A DNA stretch of 64,000 bases from an uncultured Poribacteria bacterium (GTDB lineage Bacteria > Poribacteria > WGA-4E > WGA-3G), in contig CATQHZ020000001.1 of assembly GCA_958296135.2 (NCBI GenBank), positions 4,896,001 through 4,960,000 on the forward strand, written 5' to 3'. Positions 9,151 to 19,477 of this stretch are shown here, piece by piece. The notes beneath the pieces were generated by a model. It searched no databases and was not told the origin of the DNA. It worked only from the letters and a program-made list of their open reading frames with translations. Position 1 is the stretch's first letter. Every line of letters begins with the position of its first letter. The position numbers were made by a program, and so were the translations under genes.

Positions 9151-10986
9151 ATGGGAGCACGATACATTATTGCCATGGTTCTCATGATTGCAGTCATGCT
9201 CGCGTGGAGCCTGCTGTTCAGCGAACGTTTTGCACCGCAACCGGAAGAACCAGCAACTACTGAACAAACCGAAACAACTGATACAAAGGAAACCGCCGTA
9301 GAAGAGATACCGCCGACGGTGAACGAGGTGACACCACCGCTCAATTCCGACTTTTTTGCGCCGATTCAGGAAAGTCCCGAGGATGCGAAGGTGCATGTCC
9401 AGACCGGCAACTATCACATCACCTTTAATGAAAAATTCGCGATTGCGAAACGGTGGGAATTGGCTCACTTCGCCGACCGGGCGGATATCACAGAGGTGCC
9501 CCTGAACCTGATACCGGACGATGCGCTCAATTGCCTCGCGCTGCGGTTTGGGAACGCACAGCTGCAACTTGATTCACTCAGCACCACATGGCAGGCGGAT
9601 AAATCGGAAATAGCCCTCGCGGCGGCTCAGGAGCCGGAAACGCTCACTTTCACGACGACGATTGCGGAGAAACTGCATGTCGCAAAGCAGCTCACCTTCT
9701 ATCCGGATACCTACACCGTCGATTTGGCATTGACGTTCCGGAATGTCTCCGATGCCCCCTTGCTCATAGGCGGTACTGAGCCCACCAGCGGCTACCAACT
9801 CCGCTGGGGCGCGGGCATCAACGCGGATTTACTCCGACACGAGAAAAAGAGCGGGAAACGCGGCAGACACGGCAAGGAGGGCGCGAAGACTATCCTTGAC
9901 GAAGGAAATCCGACGCGCGAACTAAAGGAGGAACAAGCACTATCTACAGTCCTCTGGGCAGCATTGGACAGCCAATACTTCAGCGCAGTTATGATTCCCG
10001 ACCCGGGGTTGGAAGCAACCTATCTGTTGGATGCATCTAAAGCGGCGAATAAGAACGACATCCAGACCGCGGCACCGACAGAAACAGCAGTCCTGGCAAT
10101 CCCGCGGTTTCAACTTGCCTCCCAAAAAGAGGTGACGCACGCTTTTCAGCTCTATGTCGGTCCGAAGGACGATGCGCTCCTCAAACAGGTAACGGCACCC
10201 AACGCGCCGGAAAAACCGGTTCGCCTCTCCAAAATCATCGATTTCGGGTTTTTCTGGCCGGTTGCATGGGGAATGCTCTGGATATTCAAGGGTTTGCACG
10301 CAGTCTTCCAAAATTACGGCATCGCCATTATCCTGCTGACCTTGCTGATGAAGGTAGTCTTCTACCCGCTCACCCGCAAGGGACACCACTCCATGAAGGA
10401 GATGCAGAAACTTCAACCGGAATTAGCGGAACTCAAGGAGAAATACCGCGATGACCCGCAGAAACTGAACCGCGCCACGATGCGCCTCTATAAAGAGCAC
10501 GGCGTTAACCCGTTAGGCGGCTGTATCCCGATGCTCCCACAACTGCCGATTTTCTGGGCACTGTTTTCCCTACTCGGCAGTGCAGTTGAACTGCGCGGCG
10601 CACCGTTCTTACTCTGGATTGATGATCTTTCTGCACCAGACGTTTTGTTTGAGCTCCCGTTTACGATACCGCTGATCTTCACGGAAATCGATGCTGTCCG
10701 TTTTCTGCCGATACTGAACGGGCTCACCACGTGGCTACAGCAGAAACTCGGAGTAGGGATGACACCGACGCCGACTGGTGATAACATGCAGGCGAAACTG
10801 ATGCAGTTTATGCCGCTGCTTTTCGTCTTTCTTTTTTACAACTGGGCATCCGGATTTGTGTTATACTGGTTGTGCAATAACGTCTTCACGATGGCGCAGC
10901 AATATTTACAGACACGGTATTCGGACGATGCGGAACAGCCAACACCCGCATCGAACAAAAAGACGAGCGGCCCACGGAAACGCTAA
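9151..10986 (+). CDS. yidC: Membrane protein insertase
   Basis: YVGPK, IDFGFF, NYGIAIILLT, GVNPLGGCIP, FLLWIDDLSAPD; synteny with rnpA and yidD. Confidence 0.95.
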   Translation: MGARYIIAMVLMIAVMLAWSLLFSERFAPQPEEPATTEQTETTDTKETAVEEIPPTVNEVTPPLNSDFFAPIQESPEDAKVHVQTGNYHITFNEKFAIAKRWELAHFADRADITEVPLNLIPDDALNCLALRFGNAQLQLDSLSTTWQADKSEIALAAAQEPETLTFTTTIAEKLHVAKQLTFYPDTYTVDLALTFRNVSDAPLLIGGTEPTSGYQLRWGAGINADLLRHEKKSGKRGRHGKEGAKTILDEGNPTRELKEEQALSTVLWAALDSQYFSAVMIPDPGLEATYLLDASKAANKNDIQTAAPTETAVLAIPRFQLASQKEVTHAFQLYVGPKDDALLKQVTAPNAPEKPVRLSKIIDFGFFWPVAWGMLWIFKGLHAVFQNYGIAIILLTLLMKVVFYPLTRKGHHSMKEMQKLQPELAELKEKYRDDPQKLNRATMRLYKEHGVNPLGGCIPMLPQLPIFWALFSLLGSAVELRGAPFLLWIDDLSAPDVLFELPFTIPLIFTEIDAVRFLPILNGLTTWLQQKLGVGMTPTPTGDNMQAKLMQFMPLLFVFLFYNWASGFVLYWLCNNVFTMAQQYLQTRYSDDAEQPTPASNKKTSGPRKR

Positions 10987-10987
10987 C

Positions 10988-11182
10988 ACAAATCCGTAGG
11001 GTGAGGGCCTGTTCCTCAACATGCCACGAATTATCGCAAATCCGTAGGGTGAGGGCCTGTTCCTCAACATGCCACGAATTATCACACAAATCCGTAGGGT
11101 GAGGGCCTGTTCCTCAACATGCCACGAATTATCACACAAATCCGTAGGGTGAGGGCCTGTCCCTCAACATGCCACGAATTAT
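10988..11182. repeat. Four tandem ~48-50-bp REP-like units
   Basis: CAAATCCGTAGGGTGAGGGCCTGTTCCTCAACATGCCACGAATTATC repeated four times. Confidence 0.9.
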
Positions 11183-11199
11183 CAAAGGAGAACCTCACT

Positions 11200-11823
11200 G
11201 TGCAAAACTATATTGAAACTGAGGGCACCACTGTCGATGAGGCAATTGAACGTGCCCTCACCGAATTGAATGTGGCGCGCGCCGATGTCACGCTTGATGT
11301 CCTGAATGAACCGACAAAGGGCATTCTGAACTTTGGCGCGAAACCCGCCAAAGTCCGTGCGACGCTCAGGGAGGATGCCGCCACTGCTCCGGACACAATT
11401 CTGAAGGAATTGCTGACGCGGATAGGCATCAATGCCGATATTGAATTGGAAGTGATTGATGGCAACACACACCTCAACATGACAACGGACGCGCCCGCGC
11501 TGCTCATCGGAAAACATGGCCAGACGCTTGATGCCCTTGAACGTCTGCTCAACTGTATCGTCAATAAAGCGTCGGAGGTCAAGAACCGCGTTTTTATTGA
11601 CACGGAGGGTTACCGCGTCCGCCGAGAACAGTCGCTTGTGGAGCTCGCGCATCAGGTGGCGACGAAGGTGCGGCACACGGGACGTGAAGTCGTCCTTGCA
11701 CCGATGTCACCCCGCGACCGGCGCATCATTCATCTTACGTTAAAACCCGACAATGTTGTGAATACCTACAGCCAGGGTGAAGGCGATCTGCGCCGCGTTA
11801 TCGTCACAACGGAGGAACCTTAG
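11200..11823 (+). CDS. jag: Jag/EloR/KhpB RNA-binding protein (Jag_N, KH, R3H)
   Basis: EGTTVDEAIE, LIGKHGQTLDAL, PMSPRDRRIIH; AAGGAG RBS before GTG; synteny. Confidence 0.92.
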   Translation: MQNYIETEGTTVDEAIERALTELNVARADVTLDVLNEPTKGILNFGAKPAKVRATLREDAATAPDTILKELLTRIGINADIELEVIDGNTHLNMTTDAPALLIGKHGQTLDALERLLNCIVNKASEVKNRVFIDTEGYRVRREQSLVELAHQVATKVRHTGREVVLAPMSPRDRRIIHLTLKPDNVVNTYSQGEGDLRRVIVTTEEP

Positions 11824-11979
11824 GGATGCTCGGGCAGCGCGCTTGCAAAGCACGCCTACGGAATTGATGGAAAGCCGATTTTGACGTAGGTTTATAGGTT
11901 TACCTATAAACCGAAGATGTGCTGTTTGGCTTTCGCAAACAGCACTGCGTCAAAATCGGAATCGGAACGAGGCGACGTT

Positions 11980-13515
11980 ATGGGATTCGACGATACTATT
12001 GCTGCCATCGCAACGCCACGCGGCGAAGGCGGCATCGGCATAGTCCGGGTCAGTGGTTCGCGCGCGATTGACATCGCCTGTCAGGTGTTTCGTTCGCCGC
12101 GCGGGGTTTCACCCGCCGAACTGCCAACGCATACGCTGACATACGGGCACGTTGTTAGTCTTTTGCCCGCGGGGGACATCGCGGGGGACAGGCCCCCGCG
12201 CTACGAGAAAAAAACGGACTCTCAACCAAGGCACTATGAACAAATTGACGAGGTGCTGCTCGGGGTAATGCGCGCGCCGAAAACCTACACAGCCGAAGAC
12301 ATCGTCGAATTCAATTGCCACGGTGGAATTGTGCCGCTAACAGCGGTGCTAGAAGTCGTCGTGAAGGCAGGGGCTCGGCTCGCAGAGCCGGGCGAATTTA
12401 CCAAACGCGCCTTCCTCAACGGCCGCCTCGATTTGGCGCAGGCGGAGGCTGTCGCGGAACTCATCGGTTCAAAAACAGAACTCAGCCGGAAAATCGCCCT
12501 CAACGCACTAGAAGGCAAACTTTCAGAGAACGTCAATCATCTCAGCGACAGGGTTGCAGGATTATTGGCAGAAATCGAGGCATCCATCGACTTCCCAGAG
12601 GAAGAACTAGATTTCATGAAGGTGGAGATGCAGCACCAAACGGCGCACACTATTCAAGCAGATTTAACGCGCTTGCTAGAAACCGCCGAAGAAGGACGGC
12701 TCATCAAGGAAGGAATCAACGTTGCCATTTTAGGCAAGCCGAACGTCGGCAAATCCAGTCTCCTCAATGCGCTCGTGCAGCGTGAGCGCGCGATTGTCAC
12801 CGACATCCCCGGCACCACGCGCGATACGATTGAGGAGACGATTCTTCTGATGTTGCAGGAACCCACGGCAATTGGGCGGAAAAACGTTACTGATGAAGAA
12901 GACGTTATTTTCTGCAACGATACGAAAAGCCTCGGCGGCATCCCGATGAACCTCATCGATACCGCCGGCATCCGACAGACAGCAGACATCGTTGAACAGG
13001 AAGGGGTTCAACGAAGTAAAGCGGTGCTGGATAAAGCGGAATTCCTGCTGCTGATGTTTGATGCGTCGCAACCCTTGGCTGAAGCGGATGTGGAACTCTT
13101 GCAAACGGCGAATTCACATCAGGCAATCCTCATCTTAAATAAAACGGATTTGCCTATTGTCACTCGGCCAGAGGCACTGCGTGAATTTTGCCCCGAAAAA
13201 CGGGTAGTGCAGACAGCAATTCCGGAAGGGAACGGCTTAGATGCGCTGAAAGCGGCTATTCGTGAGGCACTGCTCGGTGACGCATTTGTGATGGGCGATT
13301 CGCCGATTGTTACCAATGCGCGGCATCAAGACGCGTTGCGGCGCGCTAACCAAGGGCTCAACGATGCAATCGAGAGTTTAGCAAACGCAATGCCCCCGGA
13401 ACTCGTCGCCGTAGATTTGCACATCAGTCTCGATGCCCTCGGCGACATCGTCGGAAAAACGACAACGGAAGACATTCTGGACCGGATTTTCTCGCAGTTC
13501 TGCATCGGCAAATAA
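11980..13515 (+). CDS. mnmE: tRNA modification GTPase, with two insertions
   Basis: [35 protein letters not shown] and terminal FSQFCIGK. Confidence 0.96.
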   Translation: MGFDDTIAAIATPRGEGGIGIVRVSGSRAIDIACQVFRSPRGVSPAELPTHTLTYGHVVSLLPAGDIAGDRPPRYEKKTDSQPRHYEQIDEVLLGVMRAPKTYTAEDIVEFNCHGGIVPLTAVLEVVVKAGARLAEPGEFTKRAFLNGRLDLAQAEAVAELIGSKTELSRKIALNALEGKLSENVNHLSDRVAGLLAEIEASIDFPEEELDFMKVEMQHQTAHTIQADLTRLLETAEEGRLIKEGINVAILGKPNVGKSSLLNALVQRERAIVTDIPGTTRDTIEETILLMLQEPTAIGRKNVTDEEDVIFCNDTKSLGGIPMNLIDTAGIRQTADIVEQEGVQRSKAVLDKAEFLLLMFDASQPLAEADVELLQTANSHQAILILNKTDLPIVTRPEALREFCPEKRVVQTAIPEGNGLDALKAAIREALLGDAFVMGDSPIVTNARHQDALRRANQGLNDAIESLANAMPPELVAVDLHISLDALGDIVGKTTTEDILDRIFSQFCIGK

Positions 13516-13517
13516 TT

Positions 13518-13847
13518 TGCAGAAGCTTTTTACCGTAGCGCGGGGGCCCGGCAGTCACTAACTGCCGAGGGTTTCCCCCGCGATGCCCGTGCTGCCAGTC
13601 GCACTGACGTTGTCAATGCTCATGGTTGTGGCTTTTCTGCTGTCCATAGGCGCGCTGCCACCTTGTCCGTAGGCGCGGTTTGATGCAGAAGCTTTTTACC
13701 GTAGCGCGGGGGCCCGGCAGTCACTAACTGCCGAGGGTTTCCCCCGCGATGCCCGCGCTGCCAGTCGCACTGACGTTGTCAATGCTCATGGTTGTGGCTT
13801 TTCTGCTGTCCATAGGCGCGGTGACACCTTGTCCGTAGGCGCGGTTT
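13518..13847. repeat. Direct duplication of a 166-bp REP-containing unit
   Basis: 13518-13683 is nearly identical to 13684-13847. Confidence 0.9.
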
Positions 13848-13983
13848 CAAACGGCATCGTGTATTTTAATTTTTATTGGAACTTTTATCGGCACAAGGTG
13901 TGTTTAAGAATGATACGCAATGAACCTTCGTCGTTTGAGTTCGTCCTACGCCTCAGATTCATTGGGTATACAAGGAGTTTTCC

Positions 13984-14169
13984 ATGTTAGCAACGAAACA
14001 ACAGTGGTGCCCGCGCTGCCAACGGCATGTATTAGCCGAGCAGAAGCAGTCCCACGTTGGTAGACAGAAGAACCTAGTTAAGATAATTGTTACGTGCCTC
14101 AAGTGTCGGACAACGCTGTCAAGCAAAACCGCGGTTGCATCGGCTCTTGAGGAATCAACCGAGAATTAA
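13984..14169 (+). CDS. Small zinc-ribbon protein (61 aa)
   Basis: CPRC...CLKC motif pair; AAGGAG RBS. Confidence 0.6.
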   Translation: MLATKQQWCPRCQRHVLAEQKQSHVGRQKNLVKIIVTCLKCRTTLSSKTAVASALEESTEN

Positions 14170-14310
14170 TCCGAAAGAAACCGTTAGGCGCGAGATGTTA
14201 GGCTCGTGCCGTAACTCAGCTCCAACAGAGTGCAATGTCTAATGGACAGTCGTGGCTATCCATTCCTTTTAAGCATTCCAGCGGAGTGCAATGTCTATAG
14301 GAGAAAAAAC

Positions 14311-15213
14311 ATGTTTAAATCCGTTTTGTCCCGTCTCTCACTGGCGATAGTTTTGCTGATGGCAGTCGCAATTCCTGCGCACATCGCAGACGCGGAAATC
14401 GAGTGGGGGAAGTCAATTGAAGAAGGGATGAAAGCCGCGGCGAAAGCCGACAAACCGCTCATGCTCGATTTCTACACCGATTCGTGAGGTGCGTGTGCTC
14501 GGCTGGATGCCGAAACGTTCACTGACGCTAACATCACTACCATCGCCGGAAAGTTTGTGCCTGTCAAAGTCAATCTGAGTTATCCGGATGATCTGGCGGC
14601 TCAGGATGCCGCGAGACGGTATGGGATTAGAAGCATCCCGACAATCACGTTCCTCAGCAAGGATGGCGGATTCATCGGCGAAAGCATCGGGTTCCTCCCA
14701 CCGGAACAATTCGCGCCGGTAATGGAAAACGCTTTGCAAGCCGAAGTGATGTTCCAAGAAAAATTGGCGAAGCTAAAGGAGATGCCCGACGATGCCAAAC
14801 TGAACGGCGAAATCGCGCTCACCTATCTGGAGCGGCAGCAACTGGAAAAAGCAATTCCGCTCAGCGAGAAAACGTTTAAAGGTGACGCGGACAATACGAC
14901 GGGACTCCTGCCCAAACTGCACACCGCCTTGGGCATCGCCTACGGCATGACACCGGAAGACGATGAAAATGTCGAGGTGTCTCGTGAGAAAGCTGTCACG
15001 CATCTCCGCACCGTCATCAACGCCTATCCGGAAAGCGATGTGTACGAACAGGCGCAGCATTATCTCGGCGTAGTGTATGCCATCCGAGAGGAATTTGACA
15101 AAGCCATCGAGGTGCTTGAGAAGTTGGTGCAGCATGCTACCGACGAACAGATTCGGATGGCAGCGGAAGCCATGCTTGAACAGGTAAGAGATTTGAGCCA
15201 ACACGGGCAGTAG
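14311..15213 (+). CDS. Secreted thioredoxin-fold plus TPR-like protein; probable selenoprotein (UxxC) with in-frame TGA at 14485-14487
   Basis: The two track ORFs are in the same frame. Read-through gives KPLMLDFYTDS-U-GACARLDAETF...RSIPTITF (thioredoxin fold), followed by TPR-like helices. A hairpin lies directly after the TGA. Confidence 0.85.
14484..14522 (+). promoter_or_regulatory. Putative bacterial SECIS element
   Basis: Upper stem TCGGC/GCCGA around a G-containing loop TGGAT, 16 nt after the TGA. Lower pairing GTGA/TCAC and GCGT/ACGT. Confidence 0.65.
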
Positions 15214-15270
15214 GCGGCGCGGTTTGAAACCGAGCCATCAGTTTGTCAGGGCGGATTTCCATAGCCGCCC

Positions 15271-16002
15271 TCACACTTCATTATCATCATTTCCTAAACC
15301 AGCAACCTCCGCCGGGGACAGCAACCGATGCTGCCCCGGCGGCAGATTGCCGAGTCTCAGCTCACCTACCTGAATTCGCTTTAATCGGACAACGCGGTGC
15401 CCTACCGCTTTAAACATCAAACGCACCTGCCGTTTCTTCCCTTCGTGGATAATTACCTGGATTTGTGAAACCGTGCCCTCGGTGCAGGCGCGCCCGCCTA
15501 CGCGCGATACCTCCGCCGGCGCAGTGCTCCCACCGGGAATAGTGACACCTTCGCGCAACCGCTGAATGGCCTTGTCACTCGGAACGCCATCCACCCACGC
15601 GAGATAGGTTTTCGGAATCTCGTGACTCGGATGCGTCAGCCGATAGGCGAAGTCACCGTCGTTTGTCAACAGCAACAGCCCCTCTGTCTCTAAATCCAAG
15701 CGGCCGACAGGATAGATATTTTCAGAGATGTCTCGCACTAAGTCCATGACAATCGGGCGGCCCCGCTCATCCCGCCGCGTTGTCACATAGCCGGCAGGTT
15801 TATGGAGCATGACGTAGATGCGTTGCGCTGGCAGTGTGACGCGTTGCCCTTCAAACCTAACGCAATCGGTATCCATGTCAAGGGGATGCCCCGGCATGAA
15901 AATCTGCACACCGTTGACGGTGACGCGTCCCTCGTGAATCGCTTTCTTCACGGCTCGCCGCGAGGCGATGCCTGCAGTGGCGATATATTTTTCAAGTCTC
16001 AT
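15271..16002 (-). CDS. rRNA pseudouridine synthase (RluB/RsuA family)
   Basis: MRLEKYIA S4 domain, YPVGRLD and HEGKKRQVRLM. Confidence 0.92.
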   Translation of the reverse strand: MRLEKYIATAGIASRRAVKKAIHEGRVTVNGVQIFMPGHPLDMDTDCVRFEGQRVTLPAQRIYVMLHKPAGYVTTRRDERGRPIVMDLVRDISENIYPVGRLDLETEGLLLLTNDGDFAYRLTHPSHEIPKTYLAWVDGVPSDKAIQRLREGVTIPGGSTAPAEVSRVGGRACTEGTVSQIQVIIHEGKKRQVRLMFKAVGHRVVRLKRIQVGELRLGNLPPGQHRLLSPAEVAGLGNDDNEV

Positions 16003-16129
16003 TTTTGGGTTGTTCGCAATGCATTCCAAGCAGAAGCTTTTTACCGTAGGACGAGGGCCTGTGCCTCGCCATGCACCGGCCCCCGCGATGCTCCCAACCT
16101 AAGGCACTTTACGGGAATGTGTTCTTTTC

Positions 16130-16774
16130 TTACTGATGAAACCATTGGACTTCCCATCCCCTTTCGGTGGCGATTTGCTGTAACCGCCGGTCAGGATTTA
16201 CGGCGACAGGATGCCCGAAGAGCGCCAATTTATGCACATCGGTGTGATGATTGCCGTAGGCGTAAGAACCTGCCAGGTCAAACGCGTGTGTCTCTGCTAA
16301 CTGCAGTGCCAGTTTTCCTTTGTTTTGCGCGTAGGGATGCAACCCGATGCGTCGCCCTGTAAACTTCCCATCTACCACTTCCAGTTCATGCGCTATCAGC
16401 ATGTCGGTTCGGAAATGCTCGTGAAACGGCTTGACGAGGAGCTCCAACGAACCCGACATCAGGACAATCGTTCGCCCTTCTTCTCGATGGAAGCGCATTA
16501 ATTCTGGGATGCGCGGCGAAATGTTATCGCGCAGTGATGCCACAAAACAGGTTCGCGCGATGTCGCGGAGACGCGTCTCTTCCAACCCGCGGAGATGCAT
16601 CTTGTTGGACTTTGCTTGCGGCAGATGCCGCACCTGCAGGAAATTGGCTATCCACGCCAGCAGATTCAGTATCGGGATTTCGCCGTGCTCCAAGAGATAC
16701 GTCAGGAAAACCTGCTCTGAAGAGAGGCCGATGATTGTGCCATCCAGATCGAACACCGCACACGTTTTTGTCAT
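16130..16774 (-). CDS. HAD-IB family hydrolase (SerB-like)
   Basis: FDLDGT, MSGS and AYGN...D...GHPVAVNPD. Confidence 0.88.
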   Translation of the reverse strand: MTKTCAVFDLDGTIIGLSSEQVFLTYLLEHGEIPILNLLAWIANFLQVRHLPQAKSNKMHLRGLEETRLRDIARTCFVASLRDNISPRIPELMRFHREEGRTIVLMSGSLELLVKPFHEHFRTDMLIAHELEVVDGKFTGRRIGLHPYAQNKGKLALQLAETHAFDLAGSYAYGNHHTDVHKLALFGHPVAVNPDRRLQQIATERGWEVQWFHQ

Positions 16775-17592
16775 ATTTTTTGCCCTAACGCCACACGATA
16801 CGCCTTCACCGCCGCATCCATGCCGATATAGAGGGCATCCGCCATCAAATGGTGCCCGATGGATACCTCCAGGAGCCCCGGCACTTTCTGCATACGCGGG
16901 AGGTTCTCCAGGTTCAAATCATGCCCGGCGTTGACTCCCATGCCGAGGCGAGTCGCTGCCGCTGCCGCCGTGACAAGCTGCCCGAGCTCACGTTCAATCT
17001 CTGCTTCCGTTTGTGCCATCGCATAAGGAGCGGTATAGAGTTCGACCCGGTCTGCGCCGATATCGCGAGTCATCGCTATCTGCTCACAATCTGTACCGCT
17101 GAATAGGCTGACACGGATGCCAGCACTCTTCATCGACGCGATGATAGGTTTCAGCATGTCGCCATCTTCGCGGATGTCCCAGACGGTGTGACTTGTTACT
17201 TCGCCTTTGACGACAGGGACAAGGGTGCATTGCGTGGGTTGTGTGCGTAGCACCATCTCAATCAAATCTGGCCTCGGGTCGCCTTCAATGTTATATTCAA
17301 TGTTTTTCGTTTTTCGCGAGGGATTCGGATATGCAGACCGGTCGAATAACAGCCCCCTGCGTAACCTGTCATCGCCGTTGGCGATGACTAGATTTTTTTG
17401 ATACAAATGCGCGGCGATGTCGCGGACATCTGCGGGGGTGATGTGGCGCTGATCTGCGCGGGGATGCACGGTGATGCCTTGCGCACCCGCGGCGATACAG
17501 GTATCTACCGCTTTGATGAGCTCTGGGATGTCGCCCCCACGCGAATTGCGCAACGTGGCGATTTTGTTGACGTTGACGCTGAGCACTGTCAT
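16771..17592 (-). CDS. pdxJ: Pyridoxine 5'-phosphate synthase, with a ~25-aa insertion
   Basis: LSVNVNKIATLRNSRG, ITVHPRADQRHI, VNAGHDL and EVSIGH. Confidence 0.95.
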   Translation of the reverse strand: MTVLSVNVNKIATLRNSRGGDIPELIKAVDTCIAAGAQGITVHPRADQRHITPADVRDIAAHLYQKNLVIANGDDRLRRGLLFDRSAYPNPSRKTKNIEYNIEGDPRPDLIEMVLRTQPTQCTLVPVVKGEVTSHTVWDIREDGDMLKPIIASMKSAGIRVSLFSGTDCEQIAMTRDIGADRVELYTAPYAMAQTEAEIERELGQLVTAAAAATRLGMGVNAGHDLNLENLPRMQKVPGLLEVSIGHHLMADALYIGMDAAVKAYRVALGQKI

Positions 17593-17649
17593 TTTTTTCT
17601 CCTCTCTAAAGCGCGAAGGACTGTCCTTCGCTAACCTTTACCGCCCCTT

Positions 17650-17862
17650 TCACCGTAGCGCGAGGGCCGTTACGCCGAAACTTTGTCATATCTGCAGCCT
17701 CGCTGCAGATATGTCCACTGTCCCTCGCAATCGTAGATTGAAACGAAGAACCGCTCCTTCCACCGTAGCGCGAGGGCCGTTACGCCGAAACTTTGTCATA
17801 TCTGCAGCCTCGCTGCAGATATGTCCACTGTCCCTCGCAATCGTAGATTGAAACGAAGAACC
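17650..17862. repeat. Tandem duplication (110-bp period) of a REP carrying the 50-bp loop insertion
   Basis: Two copies of CACCGTAGCGCGAGGGCC-GTTACG...GTCCAC-TGTCCCTCGCAATCGTAGATTGAAACGAAGAACCG. Confidence 0.9.
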
Positions 17863-17883
17863 GGGTCTGCAAGACTCTGGAAC

Positions 17884-19329
17884 TTACGGAAAAATGCCCA
17901 ATTGCAGATACGCCTCCGCAATTTTATCGATAGCGGTAATAAACGAAGCTGTGCGAAGGTCTGCAGCAGGGCAGCGTCGCCGATGTGTCTCGCGAATTTC
18001 ATGATACGCCGTTATCATCGTATCCTCAAGTCCCGAATCCACTAAGTCATTTTCGTCAGCACCGTGCCCGATGAGCGCAATTTCTGTCGATGAAAATTGA
18101 TAGCCGGTCGCTTTCTCGACGGCTTGTAGCATGCTTTTATATTGGTTTTCTTCAAATCGCCTGCCGAGCCGGCCAAACCGCACGTGCGAGAGGTTGCGCA
18201 GCCATTCAAAATAGGAGACGGTAACACCCCCGGCGTTGAGATAGGTATCCGGAAGAATCAGCATGTTTCGCTGTTTGAGGTGTTCGTCTGCTGCTGCCGT
18301 TGTCGGGCCGTTCGCCGCTTCGGCGAGGATACGTGCCTTGAGGCGCGGTGCGTTCTCCGCCGTGATCTGGTTTTCTACCGCCGCTGGCACGAGGATATCG
18401 CATGCCAATTCCAACCCATCTTGCGGATTATCAATGAGGGTAGCATCGGGATAATTACGAATCGAACCGCTCTCCTCACGACACGCGAAGACCTTTTCGA
18501 CATCAAGTCCTTCGGGGTTATAGAGCGCGCCATCTATCTCAATGATGCCTGTCACGATGGCTTCGCCTTCGCTGAGAAACTTGGCGGCGTGGTATCCGAC
18601 GTTGCCGAACCCTTGGACTACGACGGTTTTGCCGGGGAGGCCGGTGGAGAGCCCGAGCCGTTTCATATCTTCTGCAATCGCGCATGCCTCGCGGAGCCCG
18701 AAGAAAACGCCCCTGCCGGTGGCTTCCTTTCTGCCGCGAATGCCGTTTTGCTCAATCGGTTTCCCGGTCACGCAGGCGATTGCATCGAGTTTATCCGCCG
18801 CCATGCCGAGATAGGTATCCAACATCCACGCCATTTCGGTTTCGCTGGTGCCGAAATCGGGGGCAGGCACGTCTACGCCGGGGCCGATGTAGTTTTTCTG
18901 GATGAGTTCATAGGTATAGCGGCGGGTGATGCGCTCCAATTCACTCTCGGAGTACTCGCACCTATCCAGCTGGATTCCCCCTTTCGCGCCGCCGAACGGC
19001 ACATCAACGATAGCACATTTGTAAGTCATCAACGCCGCCAATGCCATAATCTCGTCTTCATTCACGAGGGTGCTGTAGCGGATGCCGCCTTTCGTCGGCA
19101 GTTTATGATGGCTATGTTCGGCGCGCCAGCCGTGCAGCGTCTCAATCGTGCCATCGTCACGTTTAATCGGAAACGTGAAGTGGCAGCTGCTGTTGCAAAT
19201 CTTGATTTGCTCTAACATCCCCCGCGGGTGCGTTGTAAACCGCGCAGCGCTATCAAATTGTTGGTTCACCTTTTGAAAAAAGGATTTTTGTATTGGCGCA
19301 AGGCGTTCAATTAGGGTTTCTGTCGCCAT
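17884..19329 (-). CDS. gdhA: Glutamate dehydrogenase (Glu/Leu/Phe/Val dehydrogenase family)
   Basis: PTKGGIRY, MTYKCA..VPFGGAKGG, DVPAPD, VQGFGNVG and NAGGVTVSYFEW. Confidence 0.93.
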   Translation of the reverse strand: MATETLIERLAPIQKSFFQKVNQQFDSAARFTTHPRGMLEQIKICNSSCHFTFPIKRDDGTIETLHGWRAEHSHHKLPTKGGIRYSTLVNEDEIMALAALMTYKCAIVDVPFGGAKGGIQLDRCEYSESELERITRRYTYELIQKNYIGPGVDVPAPDFGTSETEMAWMLDTYLGMAADKLDAIACVTGKPIEQNGIRGRKEATGRGVFFGLREACAIAEDMKRLGLSTGLPGKTVVVQGFGNVGYHAAKFLSEGEAIVTGIIEIDGALYNPEGLDVEKVFACREESGSIRNYPDATLIDNPQDGLELACDILVPAAVENQITAENAPRLKARILAEAANGPTTAAADEHLKQRNMLILPDTYLNAGGVTVSYFEWLRNLSHVRFGRLGRRFEENQYKSMLQAVEKATGYQFSSTEIALIGHGADENDLVDSGLEDTMITAYHEIRETHRRRCPAADLRTASFITAIDKIAEAYLQLGIFP

Positions 19330-19477
19330 GTCGGTTTTCTCCGTAGCCCCGCATGCGCCGTTGTTGCATGCTAGGTTTTTTGGCGGAGTTTGCAAAGACA
19401 TTGTCAATCGTTACGTCTACAGACGTTTTTGTTGTCATTTCGGTTCGGTAGGCGCGCTTTGAAAGCGCGCCTCTCAT

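Noticed and set aside
10988-11182. CRISPR array
   Set aside because: Pure tandem REP copies with no spacers and no cas genes
14230-14487. Separate 85-aa and 218-aa genes, or a nonsense pseudogene
   Set aside because: The TGA sits exactly at the redox Cys position with a SECIS-like hairpin, so a single selenoprotein is the better explanation
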